A DNA stretch of 32,000 nucleotides from Gemmata obscuriglobus (GTDB lineage: Bacteria > Planctomycetota > Planctomycetia > Gemmatales > Gemmataceae), in assembly GCF_008065095.1 (NCBI RefSeq), contig NZ_CP042911.1, forward strand, positions 6,600,001 to 6,632,000. Direction: 5' to 3'. The notes under the pieces are model-generated. The model was not told the DNA's origin and did not search any database. It worked only from the letters and a program-made list of their open reading frames with translations. Below, piece by piece: positions 14,999 to 23,894 of this stretch. The position numbers and the translations under genes are program-made. The stretch's first letter is position 1. Each line of letters opens with the position of its first letter.

Positions 14999-17046
14999 CC
15001 CCGACCGACCCGTGCCCGCCGGCCGCCGAATTCGAGGCCTTCCTGCGCGGCCGGCTCGACGACGCCCGGTCCGACGCCGTGGAGCGGCACGTCGAGCGGT
15101 GCGCCCGCTGTCAGCGGACGATTGACGGGTTGAGCGTGGACACACGGCTGACGGACGCCCTTCGGGGCGACGACGATCTGGCCGGTGCCCTTTCGGACCC
15201 CGTCACCGACCCGCGGGTCGGGGCGATGGTGGCCCGGATCGAGGAGATGGCCAGCCAGTTCACCCCGGCCGGGTTCGACCTTCACCCTTCGGCCACCGGG
15301 TCCGGGAGCGAGTGCCCGCCGTTCGATCCGCCGCACGCCCCAGAGGACCTGGGGCGGATGAGCGGGTACCGCGTGGTGCGGTTGCTCGGCGGCGGGGGAA
15401 TGGGACTGGTGTATCTGGCCGAGGACGAGGCGCTGCGCCGGCCGGTGGCGGTGAAGATCCTCCGCCCGCGGCTCGCCCGCCACTCCCGCGCCCGGGACGG
15501 GTTCCTCCGGGAAGCCCGGGCGGTGGCGGCGCTCAAGCACGACAACGTGGTGACCGTTTTTCAGGTCGGCGAGGCGGTCGGCCCGGACGGCACGCCGGTG
15601 CCGTTCCTGGCCATGGAACTGCTGGAGGGTGAGAGCCTGGCGGACTGGTTGCGGCGCGGCGAGCGGGTGCCGGCCGGATGGGCCGCCCGGCTCGGTCGCC
15701 AAGCCGCCGAGGGGTTAGCTGCGGCCCACGCCCGCGGGGTCGTTCACCGCGACATCAAACCGGGCAACCTGTGGCTCGAGGTGCCGGCCGGGTGGGCCGA
15801 CCTGCCGCCGGACGGCCGGGCGCCGCTGCCGGCCGTCGCCCGCGTCAAAGTGCTCGACTTCGGACTGGCCCAGCCGGCCGGGATCGGGGACCGCGCGTCG
15901 GTAGCGTTCGGCACGCCGGCGTACATGCCACCGGAGCAAGCGGCCGGGCAGGAAGTCGATCACCGGGCCGACCTGTTCAGCCTCGGAGTCGTGCTGTACG
16001 AACTCGTGGCCGGCCGATTGCCGTTCCCGCGCACCGAATCAGACGAACGCAGCTACGCAACACCCGAACCGGTCGAGCGCCTCGCCCCGGGCGTGCCGCC
16101 GGGTCTCGCCTACCTGATCGGCAGGCTCCTGTCCCCCGCGCCCGCCGACCGCCCGGCCACCGCCCGACAGGTCGCCGCCGAACTCCTCGCGCTGACCACT
16201 GAGGGCGGGGGCACGGCCGGGCGTGACCTCCCCGCACGCCGTCGGTTGCGGCGCGTCGCATGGGCCTTCGGGCTGGCCGCCTTCGTGTTGCTCTTCGCGG
16301 GCATATGTCTGGCGGGTAACAAGTTCCGTCAGCCCGGCGGGCAGGTGGAGTCGGGACCGCTCACCCGCCCCGGCCCGCCGGACGACGAGTGGGTCGCCGC
16401 CGTCACCGCGCTGCCGGTCGACCGCCAGCCGGGCGCGGTGATCGACAAGCTCTGTGAACTCAACCCGGGGTACGACGGTCAGGTGGCCAAGCTCGGGTTC
16501 GAGAACGGAATGGTGACAGAGTTCGCAATCAAAACGGACGACGTGTCGGACATCCGCCCGCTCCGGGCGCTGACCGGGCTCAAATCCCTCTCAGTAACCG
16601 GTAGCGCCCCCGGGCTGGGGCGGTTGGCGGATCTGTCCGCGATTCGCGGCCTCCCGCTCACCGTCTTGAACATTTGGCAGAACCCCGCACTGACCGACCT
16701 GTCAGCGACCCGCGGGATGCAACTCACCGTGATGCAAGCCGGTGACACCGCCGTCGCGGACCTGTCGCCGCTGGAAGGGATGCCGATCAGCATTCTGGCG
16801 GTGAATAACTGCCGGGTGCGAGACGTGTCGCCGGTGCGGACACTTGCCAAGGTCCGCCTGTTCCGCTGCGACGGCTGTCCGATTGACACACTCGAACCGC
16901 TCGCCGGATCGAAGGTGCGGGAACTGATCTGCGATTTCCGACCGACCCGCGGTGACGCGGCCGTACTGGCGCGGATGCCGCAACTCGAATCGATCAACCG
17001 TCTTACCACCGCCGACTTCCTTCGCCGCCACGCCGCGGTTCGGTGA
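14995..17046 (+). CDS. Fusion protein: ZAS-type anti-sigma motif, Hanks Ser/Thr protein kinase, TM helix and extracytoplasmic leucine-rich repeats
   Basis: The signature C-x24-H-x3-C-x2-C is present (CPPAAEF...[11 protein letters not shown]). Kinase motifs are [34 protein letters not shown] and [10 protein letters not shown]. The TM helix is [21 protein letters not shown]. The C-terminus has LRR-like units (LKSLSVTG..., [16 protein letters not shown]...). Confidence 0.85.
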   Translation: MTPTDPCPPAAEFEAFLRGRLDDARSDAVERHVERCARCQRTIDGLSVDTRLTDALRGDDDLAGALSDPVTDPRVGAMVARIEEMASQFTPAGFDLHPSATGSGSECPPFDPPHAPEDLGRMSGYRVVRLLGGGGMGLVYLAEDEALRRPVAVKILRPRLARHSRARDGFLREARAVAALKHDNVVTVFQVGEAVGPDGTPVPFLAMELLEGESLADWLRRGERVPAGWAARLGRQAAEGLAAAHARGVVHRDIKPGNLWLEVPAGWADLPPDGRAPLPAVARVKVLDFGLAQPAGIGDRASVAFGTPAYMPPEQAAGQEVDHRADLFSLGVVLYELVAGRLPFPRTESDERSYATPEPVERLAPGVPPGLAYLIGRLLSPAPADRPATARQVAAELLALTTEGGGTAGRDLPARRRLRRVAWAFGLAAFVLLFAGICLAGNKFRQPGGQVESGPLTRPGPPDDEWVAAVTALPVDRQPGAVIDKLCELNPGYDGQVAKLGFENGMVTEFAIKTDDVSDIRPLRALTGLKSLSVTGSAPGLGRLADLSAIRGLPLTVLNIWQNPALTDLSATRGMQLTVMQAGDTAVADLSPLEGMPISILAVNNCRVRDVSPVRTLAKVRLFRCDGCPIDTLEPLAGSKVRELICDFRPTRGDAAVLARMPQLESINRLTTADFLRRHAAVR

Positions 17047-17185
17047 AATCGCAGAAAAAGTTCCGCGCGGTGTCCAATCCGGCCGGCTTCACACGAAGCT
17101 CTCATTCGAGGGCAGACCGGCCCTCCATTCATTCCTCTCCACATCCGCACTCGCCCACATCCGACACCCACCCAAAGGAGTGTTC

Positions 17186-18079
17186 ATGGTCGGGGTACGC
17201 ACACGGCCGCGGCGCGGCTTCACGCTGATCGAGCTGCTCGTCGTCATCGCCATCATCGCCATTCTCATCGGGCTGCTGCTGCCGGCCGTTCAGAAGGTCC
17301 GCGAGGCGGCCGCCCGCACCACCTGCTCGAACAACCTGAAGCAACTGTCGCTGGCCCTGCACAACTACGCCAGCAGTACCGGCGACAACAAGTTGCCGCC
17401 GCTCCGGATCACGCTGACCTCGGGCGGAACGAACAAGGCGAGCGCGATGGTCGCGCTGCTGCCATATGTCGAACAAGAGAACCTGTACCGCGCGCACACG
17501 ACGGCCGGGGACGTGGCCGTGAACAAGGGGGCCGTGGTCAAGACGTTCCTGTGCCCCGCCGACGACACCGCCGGAACCGGCGTCGGGCCGAACGGCTGGG
17601 CGGGCAGCTCGTACGCGGTGAACTCCCAACTGCTGGCCGCCAAAGCGTGGTTCGATGTCACCAACGTGGACCAGCCCCGCTACTCGATCGGGAACGTCCC
17701 GGACGGCACGTCGAACACGGTCGCGTTCGCCGAGCGGAAGGTGCTGACCGAGGGCACGCCGTACACCTGCAGTCGCGACATGCCGTACGGCTGGAACAGC
17801 CAGGACAAGTACTACACGGCCGCGTTCGCGATGTACCAGACCACCTACCCGTCGTACTGGGCCACCACGAACTGGTGGTACAACGACCAGAGCATCCAGC
17901 CGGGGGTGACCGGGACCAAGGGCACGCGGTGGGGGGCGAACTCGTCGCACCCGGCGACCGTGCAGCTCGGCATGGCCGACGGGAGCGTCCGCGGGGTGAA
18001 CCGCAGCACCAACATCCTGACCTTCTGGACGGCGGTGATGCCGGACGACAGCCTGGTCCTGCCCGCCGACTGGAACTAA
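17186..18079 (+). CDS. DUF1559 / 'H-X9-DG' protein with a prepilin-type N-terminal cleavage/methylation motif
   Basis: AAAGGAG lies 5 nt upstream of the ATG at 17186. The N-terminus reads [34 protein letters not shown]. The C-terminal [12 protein letters not shown] matches H-x9-DG. I discount the longer ORF-track start at 16952. Confidence 0.9.
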   Translation: MVGVRTRPRRGFTLIELLVVIAIIAILIGLLLPAVQKVREAAARTTCSNNLKQLSLALHNYASSTGDNKLPPLRITLTSGGTNKASAMVALLPYVEQENLYRAHTTAGDVAVNKGAVVKTFLCPADDTAGTGVGPNGWAGSSYAVNSQLLAAKAWFDVTNVDQPRYSIGNVPDGTSNTVAFAERKVLTEGTPYTCSRDMPYGWNSQDKYYTAAFAMYQTTYPSYWATTNWWYNDQSIQPGVTGTKGTRWGANSSHPATVQLGMADGSVRGVNRSTNILTFWTAVMPDDSLVLPADWN

Positions 18080-18092
18080 CCGGAGAACGCGC

Positions 18093-18488
18093 GTGACGCA
18101 GCTTTTTCGAGCGCTGGCTCTGGCGATCGGTGCCGGACTGGTGGGCGGGTGCGGGTCGTCCACTGGAGACGTGGACCAGCTCACGGGTCGGGTCACAATC
18201 GGCGGCCAACCGGCGAAGGACGTAACGGTAGTGGCGATCGGAACCGATCGGACCGAGGCGAGTGCCTTGACCGGTCCGAACGGGGAGTACGCGCTAACGA
18301 AACCGCCACGAGGTGCGCTGCGGTTCCGGGTAACGGCCCTGGTCCCGCCGCCCCCGGCCGGGGTTCAAGCTCCGCCGCCGCCACCGGGAACGGTGTCCGT
18401 ACCCGCGAAGTACGCCAAACCGGACAACGAACTGGCGTTCACATTCGACGGCGGCCACCAGACCTACGACCTGGAGTTGAAGCGGTAA
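18093..18488 (+). CDS. Small lipoprotein, carboxypeptidase-regulatory-like fold (typical DUF1559 neighbour)
   Basis: The signal peptide has a lipobox (LALAIGAGLVGGC). GRVTIGGQPAKDVTVVAIG...GPNGEYAL resembles CarboxypepD_reg-type domains. Confidence 0.6.
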   Translation: MTQLFRALALAIGAGLVGGCGSSTGDVDQLTGRVTIGGQPAKDVTVVAIGTDRTEASALTGPNGEYALTKPPRGALRFRVTALVPPPPAGVQAPPPPPGTVSVPAKYAKPDNELAFTFDGGHQTYDLELKR

Positions 18489-18503
18489 AGGTGTGAGCTC
18501 GGA

Positions 18504-18536
18504 CACGGCTGACCAGTGCTAGACCGGTCAGCCGTG
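18504..18536. terminator. Hairpin between convergent genes (candidate bidirectional terminator)
   Basis: A perfect 11-bp stem, CACGGCTGACC (18504-18514) pairing with GGTCAGCCGTG (18526-18536), encloses an 11-nt loop. AT-rich sequence (ATATTGCAGTTATTA) follows. Confidence 0.55.
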
Positions 18537-18592
18537 ATATTGCAGTTATTACGTATCGTCCGGTCACTTACAGATCGTGTTCGTCCATATTT

Positions 18593-19477
18593 CTACTTGA
18601 ACACAAGGCATTTCGGCAATGCGTTGCGAATAGTTTTAACGCCCGCGTCCGTCACCTGCGTGGACGTCAGATGCAACACTTTCAACTTCTTCAGCGAGGC
18701 GAGGCTTTTTACGCCCGCATCTGTCACCTGTGTTTTCTCGAGATGAAGCGTCGTGAGCTTATCAAGCGCGGCGAGCTCTTTTAAACCGCCGTCCGTGATT
18801 TTGCATTCCGACAATTGAAGAATCCTCAGCGACTTGAACGCTGCAATTTCCTTGAGACCAGCCTCGGAGATATCTGTCCCACTCAAATAGAGGCTGTGAA
18901 AGCCGTCAATGGCCGCGACCTGCTTCAAACCGACGCCAGTGATCTTGGCCCCATCCAAGCGGAGAGTCGTCAGCCCCTTTAACTTGGCCACGTTCTTGAA
19001 TGCGGCGTCAGTGATTTTTGTGCCCATCAACCATAGTTCCGAGAGGCGCTTCAAAGGCACTAGTTCTCCGATGCCCGCGTCCGTCACAGCGGTCTCGTCG
19101 AGGGCGAGCTTTTCAAGGTGTGTGAGCTTCGCAACATCCTTCAGTCCAGCGTCTGTCACTTTAGTGCGGCTTAGGAGAAGCTCTGTAAGGCCCTTTGATG
19201 AGGTTAGTTCTTTGAGGCCCGCATCGGACACCTGCGTGTCGTACAGGGAAAGGACGGCGAGATGCTTAAAAGCGGCCAGTTCCTTCAGGTCGGCGTCGGC
19301 AATCTTCGTGCCCTCCAACCAGAGTTCTATTACCGATCCGTCCGAATTCCGCGTGATTTTACCTCCAAGTTTTTCAACGAACGCGACCGCCTTGCTCTCA
19401 GCACCATCAGCCCCTACCGGTGCAGACGAACAGAGAACCGACAGCACGACCAACAGCTTCTGCGTGACACACGGCAT
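18593..19477 (-). CDS. Secreted leucine-rich repeat (LRR) protein
   Basis: An N-terminal signal-like segment (LLVVLSVLCSSAPVGA) is followed by about ten 24-aa repeats of the form L..L.L..T.VTDAGLKEL..LK. GC content and codon usage are markedly lower than in the neighbouring genes. Confidence 0.85.
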   Translation of the reverse strand: MPCVTQKLLVVLSVLCSSAPVGADGAESKAVAFVEKLGGKITRNSDGSVIELWLEGTKIADADLKELAAFKHLAVLSLYDTQVSDAGLKELTSSKGLTELLLSRTKVTDAGLKDVAKLTHLEKLALDETAVTDAGIGELVPLKRLSELWLMGTKITDAAFKNVAKLKGLTTLRLDGAKITGVGLKQVAAIDGFHSLYLSGTDISEAGLKEIAAFKSLRILQLSECKITDGGLKELAALDKLTTLHLEKTQVTDAGVKSLASLKKLKVLHLTSTQVTDAGVKTIRNALPKCLVFK

Positions 19478-19689
19478 AATCGCTCCTCAAGGGATACATC
19501 CGGCGTCATTCTATCCCAAGCTGGACTTACGAGACAATTTGCGCCCAGCCAATTTTCCCCCGCTCGCTGGGCTTGACACTGGCAGGGCCGTTGTGGGAAC
19601 CTCTACCCCCGTCAACACTGACACGACTGGCGCAGGTTACCGGGACGACGGCCCCTCACGGATCGAGGGGCGCTGCGAAGGATCACGGA

Positions 19690-20769
19690 ATGATCATCTG
19701 CCGGACCCCTTATCGCATCTCGTTCTTCGGCGGCGGCACCGACTACCCCGCGTGGTACCGGCAACACGGCGGCACCGTCCTCGCCACCGGCATCGACAAA
19801 TACTGTTACCTCACCTGCCGGTACCTGCCGCCGTTCTTTGAGCACCGCATCCGGGTCGTGTACCGGCAGATCGAGACGTGTCTGACGGCCGACGAGGTCG
19901 AGCACCCGGTGGTCCGGGCGGCGCTCCAGCACCTGAACATCGACCGCGGCGTAGAGATCCATCACGACGGCGACCTGCCGGCGCGCAGCGGGATGGGGTC
20001 GAGTTCCGCGTTCACGGTGGGCCTGCTCCACGCCCTGCACGCGCTCAAGGGCGAGATGCCCACGAAGCACCAGCTCGCGAAAGAGGCGATCCACCTGGAA
20101 CAGAACGTTCTGGGCGAAACGGTCGGCTCGCAGGACCAGACGGTCGCGGCGCACGGAGGCTTCAAGCACGTCAAGTTCCACAGCGACGGCGAAATCGAGG
20201 TCTCACCGCTGGTGCTCCCGGCGGGGCGCATCGCCGAGTTAAAGTCGCACCTGATGCTCGTGTACACAGGCATCGTGCGGACCGCGGCGGACGTGGCGCA
20301 GAGCTACGTTCCCGGACTCGAAACCCGGCGCCGGCAGCTCCGCATCATGAAAGAAATGGTGGACGAGGCGATCGAGATCCTGACCGGCGGGGTGAACCTC
20401 GTCGCGTTCGGCGAACTGCTCCACGAAGCGTGGCTCGCGAAGCGGAGCCTGAGCGCCGCGGTGTCGAACCCCGAGGTGGACGCACTCTACCACACCGCCC
20501 TTGAAGCCGGCGCGATCGGCGGGAAGCTCACCGGCGCCGGCGGCGGCGGGTTTCTGCTCCTGTTCGTCCCGCCCGAGCGGCGAAACGACGTTCTGGAAGC
20601 GCTGGACGGCTGCATTCACGTTCCGTTCGAATTCGAGAACGGCGGCAGCCAGATCATCTTCTACGAGCCGGGAACCGACTACGAGGCGGTCGACCGCGCC
20701 CGCGGGTCACGCCGCCGCACGTTCAAGGAACTGCCCCGCCCGGCCCTCCACCCGACGGAGGCCGCATGA
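19690..20769 (+). CDS. GHMP-family sugar kinase, COG2605/HddA-like (D-glycero-D-manno-heptose-7-phosphate kinase family)
   Basis: The N-terminus reads MIICRTPYRISFFGGGTDYPAWY. GHMP motif II is PARSGMGSSSAF and motif III is GGKLTGAGGGGFLLLF. The start is the internal ATG at 19690, not the TTG at 19573. Confidence 0.75.
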   Translation: MIICRTPYRISFFGGGTDYPAWYRQHGGTVLATGIDKYCYLTCRYLPPFFEHRIRVVYRQIETCLTADEVEHPVVRAALQHLNIDRGVEIHHDGDLPARSGMGSSSAFTVGLLHALHALKGEMPTKHQLAKEAIHLEQNVLGETVGSQDQTVAAHGGFKHVKFHSDGEIEVSPLVLPAGRIAELKSHLMLVYTGIVRTAADVAQSYVPGLETRRRQLRIMKEMVDEAIEILTGGVNLVAFGELLHEAWLAKRSLSAAVSNPEVDALYHTALEAGAIGGKLTGAGGGGFLLLFVPPERRNDVLEALDGCIHVPFEFENGGSQIIFYEPGTDYEAVDRARGSRRRTFKELPRPALHPTEAA

Positions 20770-21728
20770 CCCCGCACACGCGCGTTTTCGTGGCCGGCGG
20801 GAACACACTGTACGGTCACGCGCTCACCACCCTACTGCGCGCCGAAGGGTTTGAGAGCCTTGTTGGTGTGGGCACAGCCGAACCGGACCTGACCGACGCA
20901 GCGGCGACCGACGCGTTCTTCGCGCAGGAACGCCCCGAATGCGTCTTCCTGTGCGCCGGGCGGTCCGGCGGGATCGGGCTGAACCGCGCCGCGCCGGTCG
21001 AGCTGATGCGCGACAACTTGCTCACGACGCTCAACGTGCTGGCGTCCGCGCACCGGCACGGAACGGCGAAGCTGCTGTACCTTGCGAGTTCGTGCGCGTA
21101 CCCCAAGCACGCCGCTCAGCCGCTGCAAGTCGAGTCGCTCGGCACCGGCCCGATGGAACCGACCAGCGAGGCGTACTCGACCGCGAAGTTCGCCGGGTGG
21201 AAGCTGTGCGACGCGTACCGGCGCGAGTACGGGTGCCGATTCGTCACGGGCTTCCCGGCGAACGCGTTCGGCCCGCACGACGACTTCACGCCCGAGGGCG
21301 GGCACGTTATCCCCGCCCTGCTCCGCCGCGCTCACGACGCCAAGTCGCGTGGCGATGCGGAACTCGTGGTGTGGGGCACCGGCGCCCCGCGCCGGGAGTT
21401 CGTGTACTCGCGCGACCTGGCCCGCGCGTGCCTCTTCGTGGCCCGCAACTACGAAGGCGAGGCCCCGATCAACCTCGGCGGCGGCACCGACCTGAGCATT
21501 GCCGACGTGGCCCACGCGGTCGCGGAGGTTGTGGGCTTCAAGGGCCGGTTGGTTTTCGACACGACCAAGCCGGACGGCGCCCCGCTGAAGGCGCTCGATT
21601 CGGCACCGCTGCTGGACATGGGCTGGCGGCCGGAGTCGGACTTCCGGGCCGCACTGAACGAGACGTACCACTGGTTCCTGCACCACCGCGCCACGGAGGG
21701 CCGCACGCATGCACGCCGGGCTGTATAG
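20766..21728 (+). CDS. GDP-L-fucose synthase (Fcl) / GDP-L-colitose synthase (ColC)-like SDR epimerase-reductase
   Basis: It is about 320 aa with an N-terminal Rossmann segment, VFVAGGNTLYGHAL. It has LYLASSCAYP, the catalytic YSTAKF (YxxxK), and NAFGPHDDF...HVIPALL, which is typical of Fcl. It overlaps the preceding gene by 4 nt (ATGA). Confidence 0.7.
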   Translation: MTPHTRVFVAGGNTLYGHALTTLLRAEGFESLVGVGTAEPDLTDAAATDAFFAQERPECVFLCAGRSGGIGLNRAAPVELMRDNLLTTLNVLASAHRHGTAKLLYLASSCAYPKHAAQPLQVESLGTGPMEPTSEAYSTAKFAGWKLCDAYRREYGCRFVTGFPANAFGPHDDFTPEGGHVIPALLRRAHDAKSRGDAELVVWGTGAPRREFVYSRDLARACLFVARNYEGEAPINLGGGTDLSIADVAHAVAEVVGFKGRLVFDTTKPDGAPLKALDSAPLLDMGWRPESDFRAALNETYHWFLHHRATEGRTHARRAV

Positions 21729-22674
21729 GTCGCTGTATCGCATTCGCCGCGTCGAGGAAGAGATCGCGCGGGTGTACGCGACCGACAAGATCAAGAGTCC
21801 GGTCCACCTGTCGATCGGGCAGGAGGCGGTGTCGGTCGGCGTGTGCGACGTGCTGCGCCCCGACGATGTCGTGTTCGGCACCTACCGCGGGCACGCCATG
21901 TACCTCGCCAAGGGCGGGGACATGAGCGCGATGGTGGCCGAGTTGTACGGGAAGGTGACGGGCTGCACCCGCGGCAAGGGCGGGTCGATGCACCTCATCG
22001 ACACCGAGTGCGGGGTGATGGGCACGTCCGCGGTGGTGGGCACGACGATCGCCAACGCCGCCGGCTACGCTTACGCGCTGAAAGTGCGGCGCTCCGACGC
22101 GGTGGTGGTGTGCTTCTTCGGAGATGGCGCCACGGAAGAGGGTGTGTTCGCCGAAACGCTCAACTTCGCGGTGCTGAAGAAGCTGCCCGTGCTGTTCGTG
22201 TGCGAGAACAACGGGTACGCGATCCACACCGCGCAGTCGAAGCGTCAGGGGCTGCCGGACATCTGCGCCCGCGCCCGCGCCTACGGGATGCCGGCCGAGC
22301 GGCTCGACGGCAACGACGTCCTTACCCTCCGCGATAAGGCCGCGGACCTGGTCGCACAACTGCGGGCCGGCGCCGGGCCGCAGTTCCTCGAAGCCACCAC
22401 GTACCGCTGGCGCGAGCACGTGGGGCCGGGGCAAGACTTCAAACTCGGTTACCGGTCGCAGGCCGAGTGCGAGCGCTGGTACGAGAGCGATCCCGTGCGC
22501 GTGCTCGCGGCCCAATTGCCCGCGGATGTGCGAACGAAGATCGAGGCCGCGGCGGAGCGCGAGGTGGCCGCGGCGTTCGAGTTCGCCGAGAGCAGCCCGT
22601 TCCCGCACCCGTCCGAACTCATGACCGACATCTTCACGGAGGACAGCAATGAGTTTGCCGCTTGTGGGCGCTAA
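21709..22674 (+). CDS. Thiamine-diphosphate-dependent dehydrogenase E1 component, alpha-subunit-like
   Basis: Motifs are SPVHLSIGQEAVSVG, GKGGSMH and VVCFFGDGATEEGVFAETLNFA...PVLFVCENNGYAI, the last being the GDG-x(n)-NN ThDP motif. It overlaps fcl-like by 20 nt. Confidence 0.8.
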   Translation: MHAGLYRSLYRIRRVEEEIARVYATDKIKSPVHLSIGQEAVSVGVCDVLRPDDVVFGTYRGHAMYLAKGGDMSAMVAELYGKVTGCTRGKGGSMHLIDTECGVMGTSAVVGTTIANAAGYAYALKVRRSDAVVVCFFGDGATEEGVFAETLNFAVLKKLPVLFVCENNGYAIHTAQSKRQGLPDICARARAYGMPAERLDGNDVLTLRDKAADLVAQLRAGAGPQFLEATTYRWREHVGPGQDFKLGYRSQAECERWYESDPVRVLAAQLPADVRTKIEAAAEREVAAAFEFAESSPFPHPSELMTDIFTEDSNEFAACGR

Positions 22675-23752
22675 GACGGCGCCGCGGGTCGCCCCCAAAG
22701 TCGCGACCGAGCGAACGAAGTCCTTCGTCGAGGCCGTGCGCGAGGCCACCGAACTGGAAATGGCCCGCGACCCGAACGTCGTGCTGTTCGGGCTCGACGT
22801 GGACGACCCGAAGGCGATCCAGGGCACCACGCTCGGGCTGCCGGAAAAGTTCGGCGCGGAGCGGGTGTTCGGCACGCCGCTGTCCGAGGACGCGATGACC
22901 GGCGCGGCGATCGGCATGGCCCTCGCCGGGCTGCGCCCGATCCACGTCCACATCCGCATGGACTTCCTCTTACTGGCGGTGAACCAACTGCTGAACGTGG
23001 GGGCCAAGAGCCGCTACATGTACGGCGGGCGTGTGAATGTGCCGATGGTCGCGCGGGCGATGATCGGCAAGAGCTGGGGCCAGGGCGCGCAGCACTCGCA
23101 GGGCTTGCACTCGTTCTTCATGCACGTGCCGGGCATCAAGGTGGTCGCGCCTTCGACGCCCTACGACGCGAAGGGCACGCTGGCCGCGGCGGTCCGCGAC
23201 GACGACCCCGTGCTGTACGTCGAACACCGGTTGCTGCACTTCCAAAAGGGGCCGGTCCCGGCGGAGGCCTACACGGTCGAACCGGGCAAGGCGCGCGTCG
23301 CGGTTGCTGGCGACGACGTGACCGTGGTGGGCATCTCGTACATGCAGGTCGAGGCGCTCCGGGCCGCGAAGTACCTGGAAGACGTTGGCGTGAAGGCCGA
23401 AGTGATCGACCCGATCTGGCTCAACCCGCTGGACACCGACACCATCGCAGAATCGGTGCGGAAGACGGGCCGGCTTCTGGTGGTTGATACCGCGTGGACC
23501 AACTGCGGCGCCGCGGCCGAAATCGTGTCACGGGTGGCGGAGAAGCTCCAGGGCGAATGCGCGTTCCGGTTCAAGCGGATGGGCTTCGCGCCGACCACGT
23601 GCCCCACGACCCCGGTGCTGGAAGACGCGTTCTACCCGAACGCCCAGAAGATCGCGGCGGCGGCCCGCGACCTGGTTGAGGGTCGCGCGTGCGGGTGGAT
23701 CCCGGCCGAGCGCGCGGACCTGCGGAGCATCGAGTTCAAAGGCCCGTTCTGA
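22649..23752 (+). CDS. E1 component beta-subunit-like (transketolase pyrimidine-binding and C-terminal domains)
   Basis: Motifs are FVEAVREATELEMARDPNVVLFGLDV, RVFGTPLSEDAMTGAAIGMALAGLRP and VVAPSTPYDAKGTL. The C-terminal domain has VTVVGISYMQVEALRAA...GVKAEVIDPIWLNPLD. It overlaps the alpha gene by 26 nt. Confidence 0.8.
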   Translation: MSLPLVGAKTAPRVAPKVATERTKSFVEAVREATELEMARDPNVVLFGLDVDDPKAIQGTTLGLPEKFGAERVFGTPLSEDAMTGAAIGMALAGLRPIHVHIRMDFLLLAVNQLLNVGAKSRYMYGGRVNVPMVARAMIGKSWGQGAQHSQGLHSFFMHVPGIKVVAPSTPYDAKGTLAAAVRDDDPVLYVEHRLLHFQKGPVPAEAYTVEPGKARVAVAGDDVTVVGISYMQVEALRAAKYLEDVGVKAEVIDPIWLNPLDTDTIAESVRKTGRLLVVDTAWTNCGAAAEIVSRVAEKLQGECAFRFKRMGFAPTTCPTTPVLEDAFYPNAQKIAAAARDLVEGRACGWIPAERADLRSIEFKGPF

Positions 23753-23763
23753 TCTTGCCGGAG

Positions 23764-23784
23764 CGCGGGCCTCCGGCCCGCTTT
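23764..23784 (+). terminator. Intrinsic-terminator-like hairpin after the E1 beta gene
   Basis: GCGGGCC-TCC-GGCCCGC forms a 7-bp GC stem with a 3-nt loop. TTTT follows immediately, 12 nt after the stop codon. Confidence 0.6.
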
Positions 23785-23894
23785 TGCCCGGGCGCCGGTA
23801 ACACGGACAACGTCATCGCCGCGCACAGCGGAAGCGGGCCAAAAGCCCGCGCTCCGGCGCGACCACACACGGCAGTACACCACGGAAGACGCAC

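Noticed and set aside
19573-19578. Perfect TTGACA hexamer upstream of the GHMP kinase gene as a -35 box, and a TTG start at 19573
   Set aside because: No acceptable -10 hexamer lies 16-18 bp downstream. The 39 codons before the ATG at 19690 have no similarity to the conserved MIIxRTPxRISF N-terminus of this kinase family.
18909-19841. 310-aa plus-strand ORF antisense to the LRR gene
   Set aside because: It is a Ser/Phe/Arg-rich mirror of the LRR repeats. The minus-strand frame gives a textbook signal peptide plus LRR units.
23757-23857. Long-range inverted repeat CCGGAGCGCGGGC ... GCCCGCGCTCCGG around the E1-beta terminator, considered as a third mobile repeat element
   Set aside because: Only about 13 bp pair, and the sequence between them is not palindromic. 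The local 7-bp-stem/T-tract terminator explains the left arm, so I record only the terminator.
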